Shown one piece after another: positions 17,579 through 30,649 of a stretch of 64,000 nt of DNA. How positions within the stretch are numbered: position 1 is the stretch's first letter; each line of letters opens with the position of its first letter. The DNA is taken from positions 66,299 through 130,298 of the forward strand of contig ADNK01000035.1 in assembly GCA_000320545.1 (NCBI GenBank), in the 5' to 3' direction. Both the position numbers and the translations under genes were made by a program. The notes beneath the pieces are model-generated. The model did not search any database. It was not told the DNA's origin and saw only the letters and a program-made list of their open reading frames with translations. The stretch comes from Bigelowiella natans CCMP2755. Taxonomy: Eukaryota; Protista; Cercozoa.

Positions 17579-18494
17579 TTATAACCATTTACGACATAGA
17601 AAAACCGAAAGTAGTAATACTTGAACAACAACAACAACAACAACCACAAGGTGGCGGCCAGAAACAAGGGACTAACAATGGAACGACTACCACTCCCAAC
17701 GTGGAAAGACTTGTCAGCCCCGATCGCCCCCCTCTGATGACGGATATGTTCCAAGACGATGATGATGATGATGATGAGGAAGATCACGTAGAAGACGAGT
17801 CACTGTTTACTACCAATGTATTCCAGGATGATAAATCTCCTCCTGAAGATTGGAAGAAACCACAAGAGCAGAAGGGCGGTGATGATATAAATGTCAATAG
17901 TGCAGATGTCGTTGCTGCTTCTTCTTCTGCTGCTGCTACTACTACCACAACCATGATTGATGATGTCAAGGTTACCAACAACGCTGCGTGTACTGCTGCT
18001 ACAAGTAATTTGGACGATCCCAATCCTGTGGTCATTAAGGAGAGGAGGAAAGTTCCTACATATACTACTATTCCAGAAGTTGTTCACGCAACATCGGAGA
18101 CTAGCATGATTGCAAGATCCACGTCAGAAAATAATCATGCAGGTTCTATTGCAACTACATCTCTACAGCAGCCATCCATCATCACCCCTCCCTTATTAAT
18201 ATGTTCCAAGAAAATATGGGTTATTCTAATCTATTTGTTTTTTCCTTGTGCTGATAAATCTCGCACAGAATTAAAGAAGATAGAGAATGAACGTGATGAA
18301 GCTCTCCTTAGGATTAAAAGATATGAGAAGGAGGTACGTTCTATCCAAATAAAGATCAGTAAAACATAGTAGTAGTAGTAGCAGTAGTAGTAGTAGTAGT
18401 AGTAATGGTGGTAGTGTTGTAGCAGCTCGAGATAGTAATCATGTAATGACTAGATACCTGCCAATCAATCTGTTCTTTTTTTTTCAATTAACAT

Positions 18495-18578
<84 letters not shown>

Positions 18579-19429
18579 GTAATAATAGTAATACTTGTTA
18601 TTTGTTGTTGGTATAATAATCTCATATAAATAGCTGGGAGGACTACGATTGAAGCTGGCTTCTGCGACATCTCTCAAAGTAGCGGCTGAGGCCGAGGCCC
18701 GCACCACGCAGGAGGGGGGAGGCAGCGATGAAAACTTGCAGCGCCTAAAGAAGGCGCTTGAAGAAAGTCATGGTGCTAAATTGTCTGAGGTGAAAAAGGT
18801 CGCAGCGAAGCGCGAGCGAGAGCTTAAGGCTACCATTGAAGAATTGCAGGAAGCCAAACGTGAATCTGCCAAATCCCATGACTTGATAGTGACGGAGCGA
18901 GACACATTCAAAGAGAGCGCTGATACAGCATGCATACAAGTTGGGCGACTGCAGGATCAACTATCAAGGATGCAAGATGAACTTAACACCACTAAAGCCG
19001 AGAGAGATAAGCTTAAAGATGCCATTTCTTTGAAAAAGGGCATTGAGGGGGAGGCCATAGAGCTTAAAGGCAAAATTGTTACACTCGAAGCTTCAGTAGA
19101 GCGATTGGAGAATCAAGCAAAAATAGCAGATGCTGCTCAAGCTAAAGCGCAAGCTCAAGCTGCTCAAGCCCAGAAGGTAGCAGAGGATGCTAAAGCCGCG
19201 AAAAGTGAGATGCAAAGTCAAATGAGTGCCAAGATTATGCAAGCTAGTAACGAAGCGAGAAAGGCAGCACAGATAGCGATTTCCAAGGCAGCTGGAAAGG
19301 AGGCTGATGCTCGCAAAAAGGCGGAGGAAAAAGTGACCATGCTGCAAATCGAGATGGAGACTATCAGAAGCGACCTTGCAGAGGCACAGATTGAAATCAA
19401 TGACCTTCAAGACACAAGGTATGTAGGCT

Positions 19430-19461
<32 letters not shown>

Positions 19462-20720
19462 TGTGGTAGTAGCAGTACCCAGCATCGTCGTTGTTGCCTT
19501 TGCATTATGTAATCTCCAGCCATCATCATTTAGTCTACTCTTGTAATGTTGTGTTTTCGCAGATGTAGTTGAGATTATTACTAGTAATACAATGAGTCGT
19601 TTGTTGGTTGTCGGTCGTTCGTTGAAAAAGGGACGATGCTCTCCGGACAGTTCAGGAGGAGTTGATCGATAGTCAGGATGCAGAGGAAGCCGCGAGGGCC
19701 GACTTAGAACATGCACGCAAAGAGATCAACAAACTGAGAGCCCGCCTTGCTTCCGCGCATGAAGAACTAGAAGGCGCTCATCAGCAGATTAATCAAATGA
19801 TTGCTGACAAAAAGCGATACCAACCTTCTCCTAACACCACCACCACTACAACAGCAGCAGCAGCAGCAGCAGCAGGTCTCATTAATTCTTCTCGGCCTGG
19901 TTCTGCTGACCCTAGAATTAGTCGCAACACTATTACGATGACCTCAGCTGCTAATATGAGGGTAGGAACCAAAGCAGCAGCAGCAGCAGTAGGCGGACTA
20001 CGATCGGGCACACCTGCAGGATCGAAGACGATATCGACTAATGATGCCAGTGGAGGAGGAGGAGGAGGAGGAGGAGGAGGAGGAGGAAGGGGAGAGGGGC
20101 ATAATAGTGAATCGATAGCTCTTCTTAAAGCTTACCGCGGTGCTCTGTACAAGTTTTGTGGTCAGGGACTTGCATTAGCCGTTGTGTTGGCAGAAATCAG
20201 GAAGATCCCCAAATTAGCACCTGGTTTACTACCAGTCATCACTGTTTTTGGCCAGGTCAGTGATGATAAAGTAGATAGTACTTGACGTTGTTATTTGATA
20301 GCATTTGTTTGTCTGTGGTATATCATTTATCTATCTATCTATCTATCTTCAGGTGCATCAGGCCCTGTTTAAGATTCGACTTCCACAATACATGAAAGCA
20401 ATGGAAAGCAGCGTCTTGTCGCCGATGTTTAGCAGCTCTAATGCGATTAAAGGAGCAATCACCCAGTTTGCGAAGATGGAAGCCAATTTCTTCTCATCCC
20501 TGAAAAAAGGTTTCTTCGCGTTGCAAAATGCACTCGCACAAGGACCAGAAGGAAAAGCTACATCCCAAAGGTTAGCAAAGCACCCTCTTTTTCGCATTAT
20601 TACGGATGGATGGATGGGTGGATGGATGGTGGCATTTCTTCACCAAAAAATTGAAATTAAATCAACTGCAATAATCTATGTGTTATGTGTGTGTGTGTGT
20701 GTGTGGTATTTATTGGGGTA

Positions 20721-20758
<38 letters not shown>

Positions 20759-20918
20759 GATGTAGTGACCGAGAGGAAGCACAGTGCTTTGAACACATGG
20801 GTACAAAAATGGCGAAAGCGCTGACAGCGTATGCCTCAGCTTTGAACGACTTTGTGGTAGTAGGAACATCTAGATAATCTTATTGTTTTCCACCATAATT
20901 CTATATGTTCTACGTCGT

Positions 20919-20951
<33 letters not shown>

Positions 20952-21797
20952 TGTATTATCAGTAGCGGTTAGTTGTTTCATAATTTGCAACTTGTTGTTT
21001 TGGCTGCTGAGTCAGCGTCTGATGGGATAATGTTAATTCATACTACTCTTTTGGGATATGCTAATTTGATACTGTTCCTTTAGACGGACTCGGAACGATT
21101 TACAGCATCGATGAAAGCCATTGTATATGATTTATTCCTTTTCAAAATACTGTTTTGTGTCCTCGTGGTTCTATCTTCAGTCTTCATTTGTATTGTTCGT
21201 CTAAATAATATAAACAAGAATTAATTTCAGAGCTAATCAATGTCTTGTCGTTTTTCAGATTGAAAAGATTCCTGGGCCGGAGGATCAAGCTCTACAAGGA
21301 CTCATAAAGTCGTAAAGTCGTTTCAACGAATTCATCTGAAAAAATAATATTGTTCTTTATCGAAGGTATCACAATTTGCTCAAGATGCAGACTTTGCCGC
21401 TCTTTCAAAAAATGCTAAAAGAGGTCATATGCCAGTAGTTAACATTCTATCCGAGTGCTTTCACGTCTTACCGATTATTATTCCAAAATCTGCAGATTGC
21501 CCAAGCAGCACCACGACGCGCCCAGTATGCTTTCATTGATCACTGGTGAGAGAGCTGCATCACAAATCATACAAAGCTGTTTTGGCTCATTTTTGGTTTT
21601 ATTATTTTAAACCTTACCCAGGAATGGACTTGCAACTTCAGTTATTCGCTTGGAAGTACATTTCTTCGATGCAGTCATGAAGAACATGGTGATGACTACT
21701 CGAATCCTCCTTATTTATGGATATTTTATTTTTTGAATTGAGATCTGATATAGAATATGTCCACATATAGGAATCTATTCTTCAAATTCTGCAATAG
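14560..21797 (+). CDS. Large protein: NZF/RanBP2 zinc finger + C2 domain + acidic DPF-motif region + long coiled coil + C-terminal helical domain, multi-exon
   Basis: Exon 1 (too short for the ORF track) reads MSWNCSACTYINTATAVRCEMCG. C2-like region VVVRCRNLAKGTNPQIKI...IAKTEPIKKTTDPSF. The exon from ~16560 contains GDPF, EDPF, EDPF and DDPF. Coiled coil at 18649-19800. 3' exons end ESILQILQ*; 3' boundaries are approximate. Confidence 0.75.
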
Positions 21798-21899
21798 GAT
21801 AGAAATGAAGAAAATTTTCATTCTACCTAATTAGTGAGTTATAGTTCTATATTGCAATCAATGCGACCAGGAAATGACAAATTTTATTGTAGCACTGCT

Positions 21900-22930
21900 T
21901 ATATCTGCTGCTATATTTGTATCGTATGCTTACATATATCATCATGCATATTTGGTGCGCTAGCTGGACGTAGTAGCACGCATAGAACGCACAAGATGCG
22001 CTATTTACTAATATGTCCCGCAGTTGTCTGCGGACTGCTAACTGGCTACAACTAATCCACTTGCTTGTGATGAGCACAGCCCTGACAATACAGCAACGAA
22101 GTGGTGCATCAGCTACGCTTGCTTCATTAAGGTGATCAGATGATGATGATGTGTGACATGTCTAGATGTGCATTTCGTACATCATATCGCTTCCTGACTC
22201 CACAGCTTGTGGATGTCTACTAGTCTAAGCTGCAACAGACACATACTACTATACTACGTTATTTGCAAACCAGCATGCATGCTAGCATGTCTTTGATCAT
22301 GCGTTGTCTGTCAAATTTTGCTTCCAAAGCATGCCTAGATGTGCATCGCTAGATTGCCTGCTAAAGGATGTAGGCATCGATTTAGCATCTTGGCAGCTGC
22401 TAGATAGAGCTGATTCATAAATATAGCCGGCGCTTTCATTACATTCTAGCATTGTACCCCATGCCTAGTATGCTAGCATGCACGCCATGACAATTAATTA
22501 TTACGTATACGCTACGACGTTTGCTCTCATGATTTTGCTTCATCACTTGAGAGATTAGCAGCGGACTTCGATGCATCTAGCTAGCTAGCTAGCTAGGCAT
22601 GCTAGCATGGCGGACGAAGCGCAGACAGCCCCACGCACATGATCTTGTGTAAATTACGTGTAACTAGATCTGTGCATCGCATTTGTCATATGTATCTTGT
22701 TGGTTGCATCTGCCTTGATTATTTAGCCTTCCTTCAACATGTGCTGGTTTCATCAACTACTTTGCTCACTTTAAGCGGGTCATCTGTCTGTTAGCATCTA
22801 AATGTGCATGTGACCCATGTGAGAAACTTGCGTTCATTTGCTCCTCAATAGATTTTGACTTAATGTGCACATGCCATGAAGGCTTTTGTCAGTATATCAT
22901 CGACATAACATGCACCATTGTATTTCAGCA
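21900..22930. repeat. Tail-to-tail intergenic spacer, CTAG-rich and TpA-eroded
   Basis: Between convergent 3' ends (21797 and ~23230). Contains a (CTAG)n tract at 22577-22596 and ATGTCTAGATGTG at 22158. Confidence 0.7.
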
Positions 22931-22936
22931 TCTATA

Positions 22937-22973
<37 letters not shown>

Positions 22974-23226
22974 TTGACATATATATCATCACATAGTATC
23001 ATGTTCGTTCAGCCGTTTTCTTAGGAATGGCAGAGACGACCGATGGCAACATTCGGAAGTATATATCGTTGTCGCGACAAAGCTTTCACTTTAAACCGTA
23101 TTGTAGTATCAGAATCGAAAGACAAAAGAAGCTTAAACATCCTTTGAAGTCATTGCCAATCGGTGTATTCGTAAAGATGACCAGGAGACTCTGGTATATC
23201 TGCAACTTCCTCCGTGATTATTTACA

Positions 23227-23940
23227 CTAACCTGCATTTGATTGAGCACTATCACAGATAATCTGGTGGATTTAATAATTAGGCATTACAGTGACATTTT
23301 AGTGATAAAAAAATACTAATTAATTTATAGTTAATCAGCTTCTTCATATCTTTTTGTATCTTTTTCATTAAAAACTTACTATGGGAATTACATTCTTCTT
23401 CAGATTTCCGTGGCCCGGTGGCAAGGGATGATTTAAATGCCCCCATATTCTCATTCATTAGGTCTTTTTGTTCTTCAATTGCAGCTGTTTCTGCTTCCAG
23501 GAAGGCACTCACTGCAACTCGAAGACTTAACACATTAAAGGAGAAAAACTCAGTTGTTCTTCCGAAAATGTATTCAGTCAAAATCAAACACTGGGTACAT
23601 GTACATTTACTTCACTCGCATGACTACTTACTTCGGGTTGTGGATGTAATGTGATGAGCGAGTAATCGAAGCATCAAATCTTTATAACACAAAAAACAAT
23701 TATTTTTAGAACGAAGATTACATGTGATGTGTTACATCGTGATTTTATATAAAGAGGATAATGATAAAACATGCTGCTGTGTTCCTACTATACCCTCTCA
23801 GAAGTTTCCCTCCACCGCTGCTGCCTGCACCAGCTTCCATGCGAGTCATATTCTTCTCTATAACGTGTTGGATCAGACGGTAGTAACAGGCCTGGATTTA
23901 AACAATAAGTGTTTCATTCAGACGACGCGGAAACATATTA

Positions 23941-23985
<45 letters not shown>

Positions 23986-24116
23986 GTGTGTGTGTGGGGG
24001 GGGGGGGGAGAAAAAAAAAGAGAGAGAGAGAGAGAGGATCTTCTCGCAAGTTCTTCTTGCCTTCTCAAATATAAATTAACAAACACTGGGATCAAGCTGA
24101 TAATTTGCTGCTGCTG

Positions 24117-24148
<32 letters not shown>

Positions 24149-25653
24149 ACTACTATCATTATATCTCGTAATGTATTTGCTACTTACTTACTTACTTACT
24201 TACTACTACCTCGAAATAAAGATAAGGAACTTCCTCGAAACAACCCCAATATCGACCATATAGAGTATCTCCCTACAGATAACAACAACAACAACAACAA
24301 CAATAATAATAATAATAATAACAATAACGGGAGGAACAGAGAAAGATAGAGAGAAAAAGAGAGAGAGAAAGAATGGGTGGGGGGAGGGGGATGGAGGGTA
24401 TAGAAGTAAAGAAATGACGTGATGTTGTCTGTGTGTTGGCTGTTCCCCACACACACTATCGATCGATCGATCAACTATCACCTTTTGCACGTTGAAGGTG
24501 CCTCCTATTGTTTTATTGCCTCTTCGAGCTAAGACAACCACTACATATTATGTAGGGAGGGGAAAGAATCAAACTAGGTTGCACATATCAAACACATTTA
24601 GCCGCTTTGTACCCACCTAAATGACGGCGAAAATTGCTTTCCTGTATTCGGGTGAAGAAATCTTTGTTCAGATACTAATCGTAGTACACATCCAGCTCTT
24701 AGAAATTTGGAAGAAGATCCAAATAAAGACTAGCGTATTATTATACAACTCCTCGCTTGTAAAGATGGCTGCTACCCCCTTCCCGTTTTTAAATTCAGCA
24801 GATGATGATGATGATGATGATGATGATGCAATGATTAGATGTGTAATAGTACAATAACGGGTCTATGAGCAACAAACCTGCTTCTGAAATGTGAATTTTT
24901 CTACAGTGGACGAATATCTACAATAGAGGCGATTGTGCAGCAGCATTAGTGGATGTAATGAAGATATTTCACATTACCATGCATGTGCATGTGCATGTGT
25001 GTGTGTGTGTGTGTGTGTGAAGAGGGGAGAATGAAACGAAGAAGGGAAGATACGGACAATTCGTAAGCAGGATCAATGATTTCTGGTGTGACTTCATCCC
25101 CCTCGTATATCTGTTGTTAGTTTTTGGTAGTACACGGAATTGGAAGACGAGAGAAAAGAAAATAATGATTTCTTGCTCAATATTAGTCATGCTTACTACC
25201 ACCGCCTTGTGGCAAACAGGCAGATTGGCAATGAACTTTGACATAATATAATAAAAATAAGATAAGGGGGGGAGAGGTATAATAACTGTGGATGAATGAA
25301 TGATCAATAACACGGTGATGATCGACAACCTAGTTTCAAGATTCTCAATAATGAAAAAGAAGGAGGAAATTGAGGAGAAAGAGGAGAAAATATATGCTGC
25401 ACACGTAACTGTTAAATTGATCCCTTCCTCGTTGTAGATCTGGTAGGATATGGGCAGATTCTCACTTATTCATAGCACACATGCGGTAATCGCATAAATA
25501 CACCACACACAATATTTATGCATTATACAATTACAGATAGACAAGTCTCGATATCGATCGTGTTGCTTTTGTGATAGTGCGCGTGTTACATTACATATCA
25601 GACGATTTAATATTCAAAAAGTGGAATAATAATAATAGCTGATATTACTATGG

Positions 25654-25684
<31 letters not shown>

Positions 25685-26070
25685 CTTTTTCCTCTCCCTT
25701 CTTAATGCTTTTCGTCGATTTGGTTTCAACGTTGCTACGTACTCATCAAAACTACCAAATTTAGACCCTACAAAAGAAGACAAACAAAACAAAACAACAG
25801 AATGTATCAGAGAATTGGATCGAGAAAACAATAACAGGGTGTTTGCAGGGCCGCAAACTAGTAAGAATACAGCAGCCCCCAATCTCTATCCAATTGTCTG
25901 TTTCCCTTAGTCATTCTTCTTCTTCTTCTTGTTCTCCGTGTTAATTATTGCTGACCTGTGAGCGGATTCTTGTTTTCAAAATGATTTTGCACCGAATTCC
26001 GGATTAGATAACTATTATGAAAGTAGTACGTATTCACTGTTATCACATACAACTTCCATGTTTCACATAT

Positions 26071-26114
<44 letters not shown>

Positions 26115-28607
26115 CTAATAAGTAGCATGATCCTCTTGCGCTTATACTTCTTCAATGATCCACCCCATACATATCACCCCCATACAATTTCCCAAAAACG
26201 AACAAAGGGGGGGATGTTGTTGTACAAAATGTCTTCTTTCTTGTGATTTAAAACCACCCGTTTGTCTTTGTTTGAGTAGCCTCGTGCTCCTCGCAGAATA
26301 AGATATGAACGGAAGAGAAGTCATTCGAAACTGCTAATTTCTCCATCACACCGGCACATGTTCGGAGTAGAGACGGCCGATCTACATCTGATTTGTTTTA
26401 AAAACATGTAGTAAAAATAGCATTGCTGGTAAGAACACTAACAATTTTATTGGTCTATGAAGGAAACCCAACTACAACTAATCATTCTCCAATATGCAGC
26501 AGGAAGTACATAACTAGTTTCCTATCATATTGATGCAGCTATCGTACTTACCAGGGTGCGTGATGATCCTTTTTCCTGTAGCTGGGGTGAATGGAATAGC
26601 GGCTAGGAGCTTCGGATAATACCTAAGATACATGTGAACAACATCATCATAACAGCATAGCAATTACATATGCATATATTTATCACTATTTTAGCTGTAC
26701 ACCCACCAAGGTTGGGTATGGTTTCTCTTTCTTCTCTTAAAAATGTCGTTGTGGAGATCATTTTTCTCACAGTTACATACGGAATCATCGTGTGTTATTA
26801 AGTATCATGTTGTAGAAGTAGTAGCCTACTCAATGCCAAGTTGATAATAGGCTGCCTCCGCCCACGACTGGTCAAATACAAACTCTCCCATACCTATTTT
26901 ATAGTAGTATTAGTAGTAGTAGGAGGAGTATTAGCAGTAGGTTGTAGCTGTTATTGTATGTTGGAGAAGATAGAGTACGATGACGACGATTATGATCCCT
27001 CCTCCCTTCAAACGGTACAGTACCGAACGAAGAAGAATGAAAGCAATGTGAGATTCAAACGATGCACCGTTTAACAGAATACTACATACTTATTCTTTCC
27101 CAACCTAGCCTCCTAGCCCATCACGTCCTCTCTCTTACTATCTACTCTTACTTACTGTGAGTTTTCGCATACATCGGAACAACAGCCAGCAATCTTCCAG
27201 GTTCGGATGAGGACAATGCAGTCCCACCGGGCGACGATGATGATAATGATGATGGCTTCGATAGTTGTGGTGCTGATTCGTCCTTCACCTCGCGTACGAC
27301 GAGATGAAACGGATACCTGGAATGAGTACGTAGAGCTTATATGTCAGTAGAAGAGCTCATTGTTTGTATTTCGGGTGTGTCGCATTGTGTGTGATACTAA
27401 AGTCGAAATTTGAAATTTTGAATTTTGATAATACAGTGGTACAAATTACCATATTTCTTCCCTTCTTCTTCTTCTTCTTCATCATCATTATCATCATCAT
27501 CATGGTAAAAGATATAACTCACCATCCATTAGATCCACTGACGCTACCGCTGTCCTCTAGGCATCTTAACCAATCATGCTCTAGGAAAGGAGAATCGTCC
27601 TAAATCAATGCACCATACTATCAGAACAACACCGTTGTTGTTACCCTTGTCATTAAATTTCACTGGCTGAAAGAGCATCATATGTTTAGAATTACAGATG
27701 CGAGAAGTGAGTCCCATTCGCTACTTTGAATAGCATGAATTGACCGAACCACTTCCACTCTCATAGAGAGGTGACGGTGGGGAATGCTGCCTGGTTTTCT
27801 GCAATAAATCAATGAATATATTGGTGTGCTGTAGTGTGGTACTTTTGCGACGAAAATCTATAAACAACTTTTATAAACTGTAACTAGATGTTCGAGTGAA
27901 GTCTGGAAAAGCTCAAGTTGATTCCTTATTGTTTGATACTAGGACGATATGCGGTATCTACTTCCTGTCGATTTACCCCTCAGCATCCTTGTCTACGAAT
28001 TCATCATCTTCTGTTTCCTTTGTTTCCATAGAATTCCTCTTCAAAATAGAGGTAATATGTAGAATCAAGGTGTTGATGAAGAATTGGTGCTATTATTCAA
28101 GATAGGTTTTCCAAGGTATGACAGAGTTGAAATGGTTGCAGTCAGAACATATTTGCTTACGATATTAAATACTACTTTGATAATATTGGCCAATTGAAAT
28201 TATACACACCCCTTTCTCCGAAATTTCGGAAGTAGCAGCATGATCATCCTTTGCCATGTTATCATTGGCTCCTTCACATTTCACAAACTTTACTCCACGG
28301 CGACAGCAGCCATGGCGAATATGTGGGAGGATCAAAGGATTCGAGTACTCCGTATGAGAATAGAAGCGACCTCCTGGAGGAGATCTGATCACTGAGCGTT
28401 GCAATGTGCTGCTTCGATAACACCGAGAATGTGATTTATGGTGGAAAAGTAGCGAGCTCCCGATGATGAAGACAGCACAGAAGAATAATGGGCCAAGAAA
28501 TTTAATCTATGCACATCATCATTCCCATCGATTTATAACTCGAAACCCCATTTAGTTTAATTTGATGGAAGACATACCGATACATTCGTCCGACTCCTGG
28601 ACATCAT
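23227..28607 (-). CDS. FemAB-like / DUF482 (peptidoglycan biosynthesis/recognition, GNAT-fold) protein with signal+transit-like leader, multi-exon
   Basis: Spliced exons give DDSPFLEHDWLRCLEDSG, VVPMYAKTHSMGEFVFDQSWAEA, AIPFTPATGKR, SSVHILF, FGSFDEYVATLKPNRRKALRRERKK, GDTLYGRYWG and EACYYRLI...RMEAGAG, all hallmark motifs of this family. Leader MMSRSRTNVS|IKFLGPLFFCAVFIIGSSLLF. The exact 3' end (23227 or 23279) is uncertain. Confidence 0.88.
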
Positions 28608-29171
28608 TTGTCTTTAATTCACCGTAATCTTGCAGCGTCCTCAGCCATCTGATTCATCAATAAATACTCCCTATTTTGAGAACACAGAGGAGATCCTAAT
28701 GAAGTCATCATAAACTACTGCACAGAATTGTTACCAGTACATCAAAATATTCCGAGACGGCCATCTCGATAATCCTTCGAGCTTGCAGCAGCACCCGCCC
28801 ACTGCAGGAAGAGGAAGAAGAAGGAGTCCTCCTGGGAAGTCTTTTCTGGTCTCCGATTCGAGCCGATCCAAAAAGAACCGCAATATTAAATTCTGGTGAA
28901 TCTCGTGCGATGATGTGCCATCCCTGCTTCTCCTTGTTCTCCATAAATCGCTCTCTCAACCCTTGACGTACCTGCAAAATGGCATTTGATCTGGTGCATC
29001 GACCTATTCTGAGAAATCAGGCTTAAGATTCTGGTATTTTAGAATGAAAATTCTGCTCGAAACAATACAATTCTGCGTGAAATAGCTATCTATTTCTGAA
29101 TTATGCCATGCGATTGCGTCAATTAGCACTTGATTTTGGCGACTTGTTAGTCTGAGTGAGCGTTACCAGAA

Positions 29172-30551
29172 ATGATGGCGGCGGTCCCCCGACATCATGT
29201 CAAAGTTTTGGTCATCCTCACAATAAGCCTACTGAATGGCCAATACCGGGCCGCCGCCGAATTCAATATTGCACAAATTCGCAAAAACGAGCGGCCGAAG
29301 GGTCTTGTGTTTAAAGGCGACGTTGCTCTCGAGTACTGCCTTGAATCATGTGCAGATAAAATCCCCAGCGGAACGCACATCTGGTTTGATTCATGGTCAG
29401 CAAACCAGACTTGTGCATGGTATGGAGCCGATTCCATACGATGCGATAGGTATGGAAACTATTATCGAAACTTTGGTCTGACCGCAAACGAAGCGTGTTG
29501 CACTTGTGGAGGGGGTTACCAGTATGTAAACACATCGATACCAGCGACAACGAAGATAGTGACTGACTCTACGGACCATTTTAAGGTTCAGCTTTCTGAA
29601 CTCGATCCTGATTATGTTCGGGATTGTAAGCCTGCCCTCAGGCTTACTCTGCCAGAGCCCGATCAAACTTCGGCTGTGTGGCACGAAACAAGGCAAACTG
29701 TTTTCGATGGATTTGAAACAAAATTCACGTTCCGCTTGTCCAACCGCTCCCGATACTGTGACAGCGCAGAGAACAAAAATGATGGACGAACTTTCTTGTA
29801 TAAGGCGTGCAAAAATGTAATGAGCAGCGTGTTCAAGAGCCAGATGGAAGGAGGTGATGGCTTTGCATTCGTCGTGCAGAACTCTGAGAACGGGACCGAT
29901 GCCCTTGGGGAAGGTGCAGGTGGCCTTGGATTCACAGGAATGAGAAACTCTCTTGCTGTCGAGTTTGATACGTTCACAAATACTGGAGAACCAAACTTCC
30001 CTCATATCAGTATCAGGGCCGCCGGAATCAACCAAATGAATAATGCATATCCTTCCAGTAGCCTGAGTAAACACGATTCATACTACGATATCAAGCGCAC
30101 AGATTTCATCCAAGGGGAAGCCATGCGAGGTACAGTACCAACTAGATGGGGATCTGCACTTCCAGAAGATCTGAAGGATAGACATGGGTATATGGAGCCA
30201 CGCCCAACTAGTCATGAAACAGAACTCGCACCTGCTGTGGAAGCAAATTTTGCAGATGGAGAGGAGCACACATCAAGAATCGTGTTCTATCGTGGGATAA
30301 AAAATGAATTCCATTATGCCTACAAAGCATCACAAATGTTAAAACAATTTGCTACGGGACCGATCATGACTCTGTGCGTTTTCCTTGATGATCTCACTAA
30401 GCCCCTTGTTTGTGTTCCATTGAACATCCATGCCACGATGCCACTTATAAACAATCAAGCGATAGTGGGATTCACCGCCTCAACAGGACGCCAGTGGCAA
30501 GCGACCGATATACTATCGTGGAAATTCTGTGAATCGGGAGAATGCCCATAG
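29172..30551 (+). CDS. Secreted legume(L)-type lectin-domain protein with N-terminal Cys-rich (CCxCGGG) module; intronless
   Basis: 459-aa uninterrupted ORF. Signal-peptide-like VKVLVILTISLL; ANEACCTCGGG; lectin motifs LRLT...AVW...GFETKFTF, GGDGFAFVVQN, GGLG, SLAVEFDT and IVGFTASTG...DILSWKF. Confidence 0.88.
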   Translation: MMAAVPRHHVKVLVILTISLLNGQYRAAAEFNIAQIRKNERPKGLVFKGDVALEYCLESCADKIPSGTHIWFDSWSANQTCAWYGADSIRCDRYGNYYRNFGLTANEACCTCGGGYQYVNTSIPATTKIVTDSTDHFKVQLSELDPDYVRDCKPALRLTLPEPDQTSAVWHETRQTVFDGFETKFTFRLSNRSRYCDSAENKNDGRTFLYKACKNVMSSVFKSQMEGGDGFAFVVQNSENGTDALGEGAGGLGFTGMRNSLAVEFDTFTNTGEPNFPHISIRAAGINQMNNAYPSSSLSKHDSYYDIKRTDFIQGEAMRGTVPTRWGSALPEDLKDRHGYMEPRPTSHETELAPAVEANFADGEEHTSRIVFYRGIKNEFHYAYKASQMLKQFATGPIMTLCVFLDDLTKPLVCVPLNIHATMPLINNQAIVGFTASTGRQWQATDILSWKFCESGECP

Positions 30552-30649
30552 CTCTCAATTGGGTCCTCTCCATTAGGAAAAATTAGTAGCACACAAAAAG
30601 GTTGTACCGCATTAGATTTTAATACCCACCGAGATTTTGCAGTATTCAC

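Noticed and set aside
29195-30269. Long antisense ORFs over the lectin gene (likewise over RBBP4, the 18.6-20k coiled coil and 44-45k)
   Set aside because: Shadow ORFs of genuine coding exons on the opposite strand.
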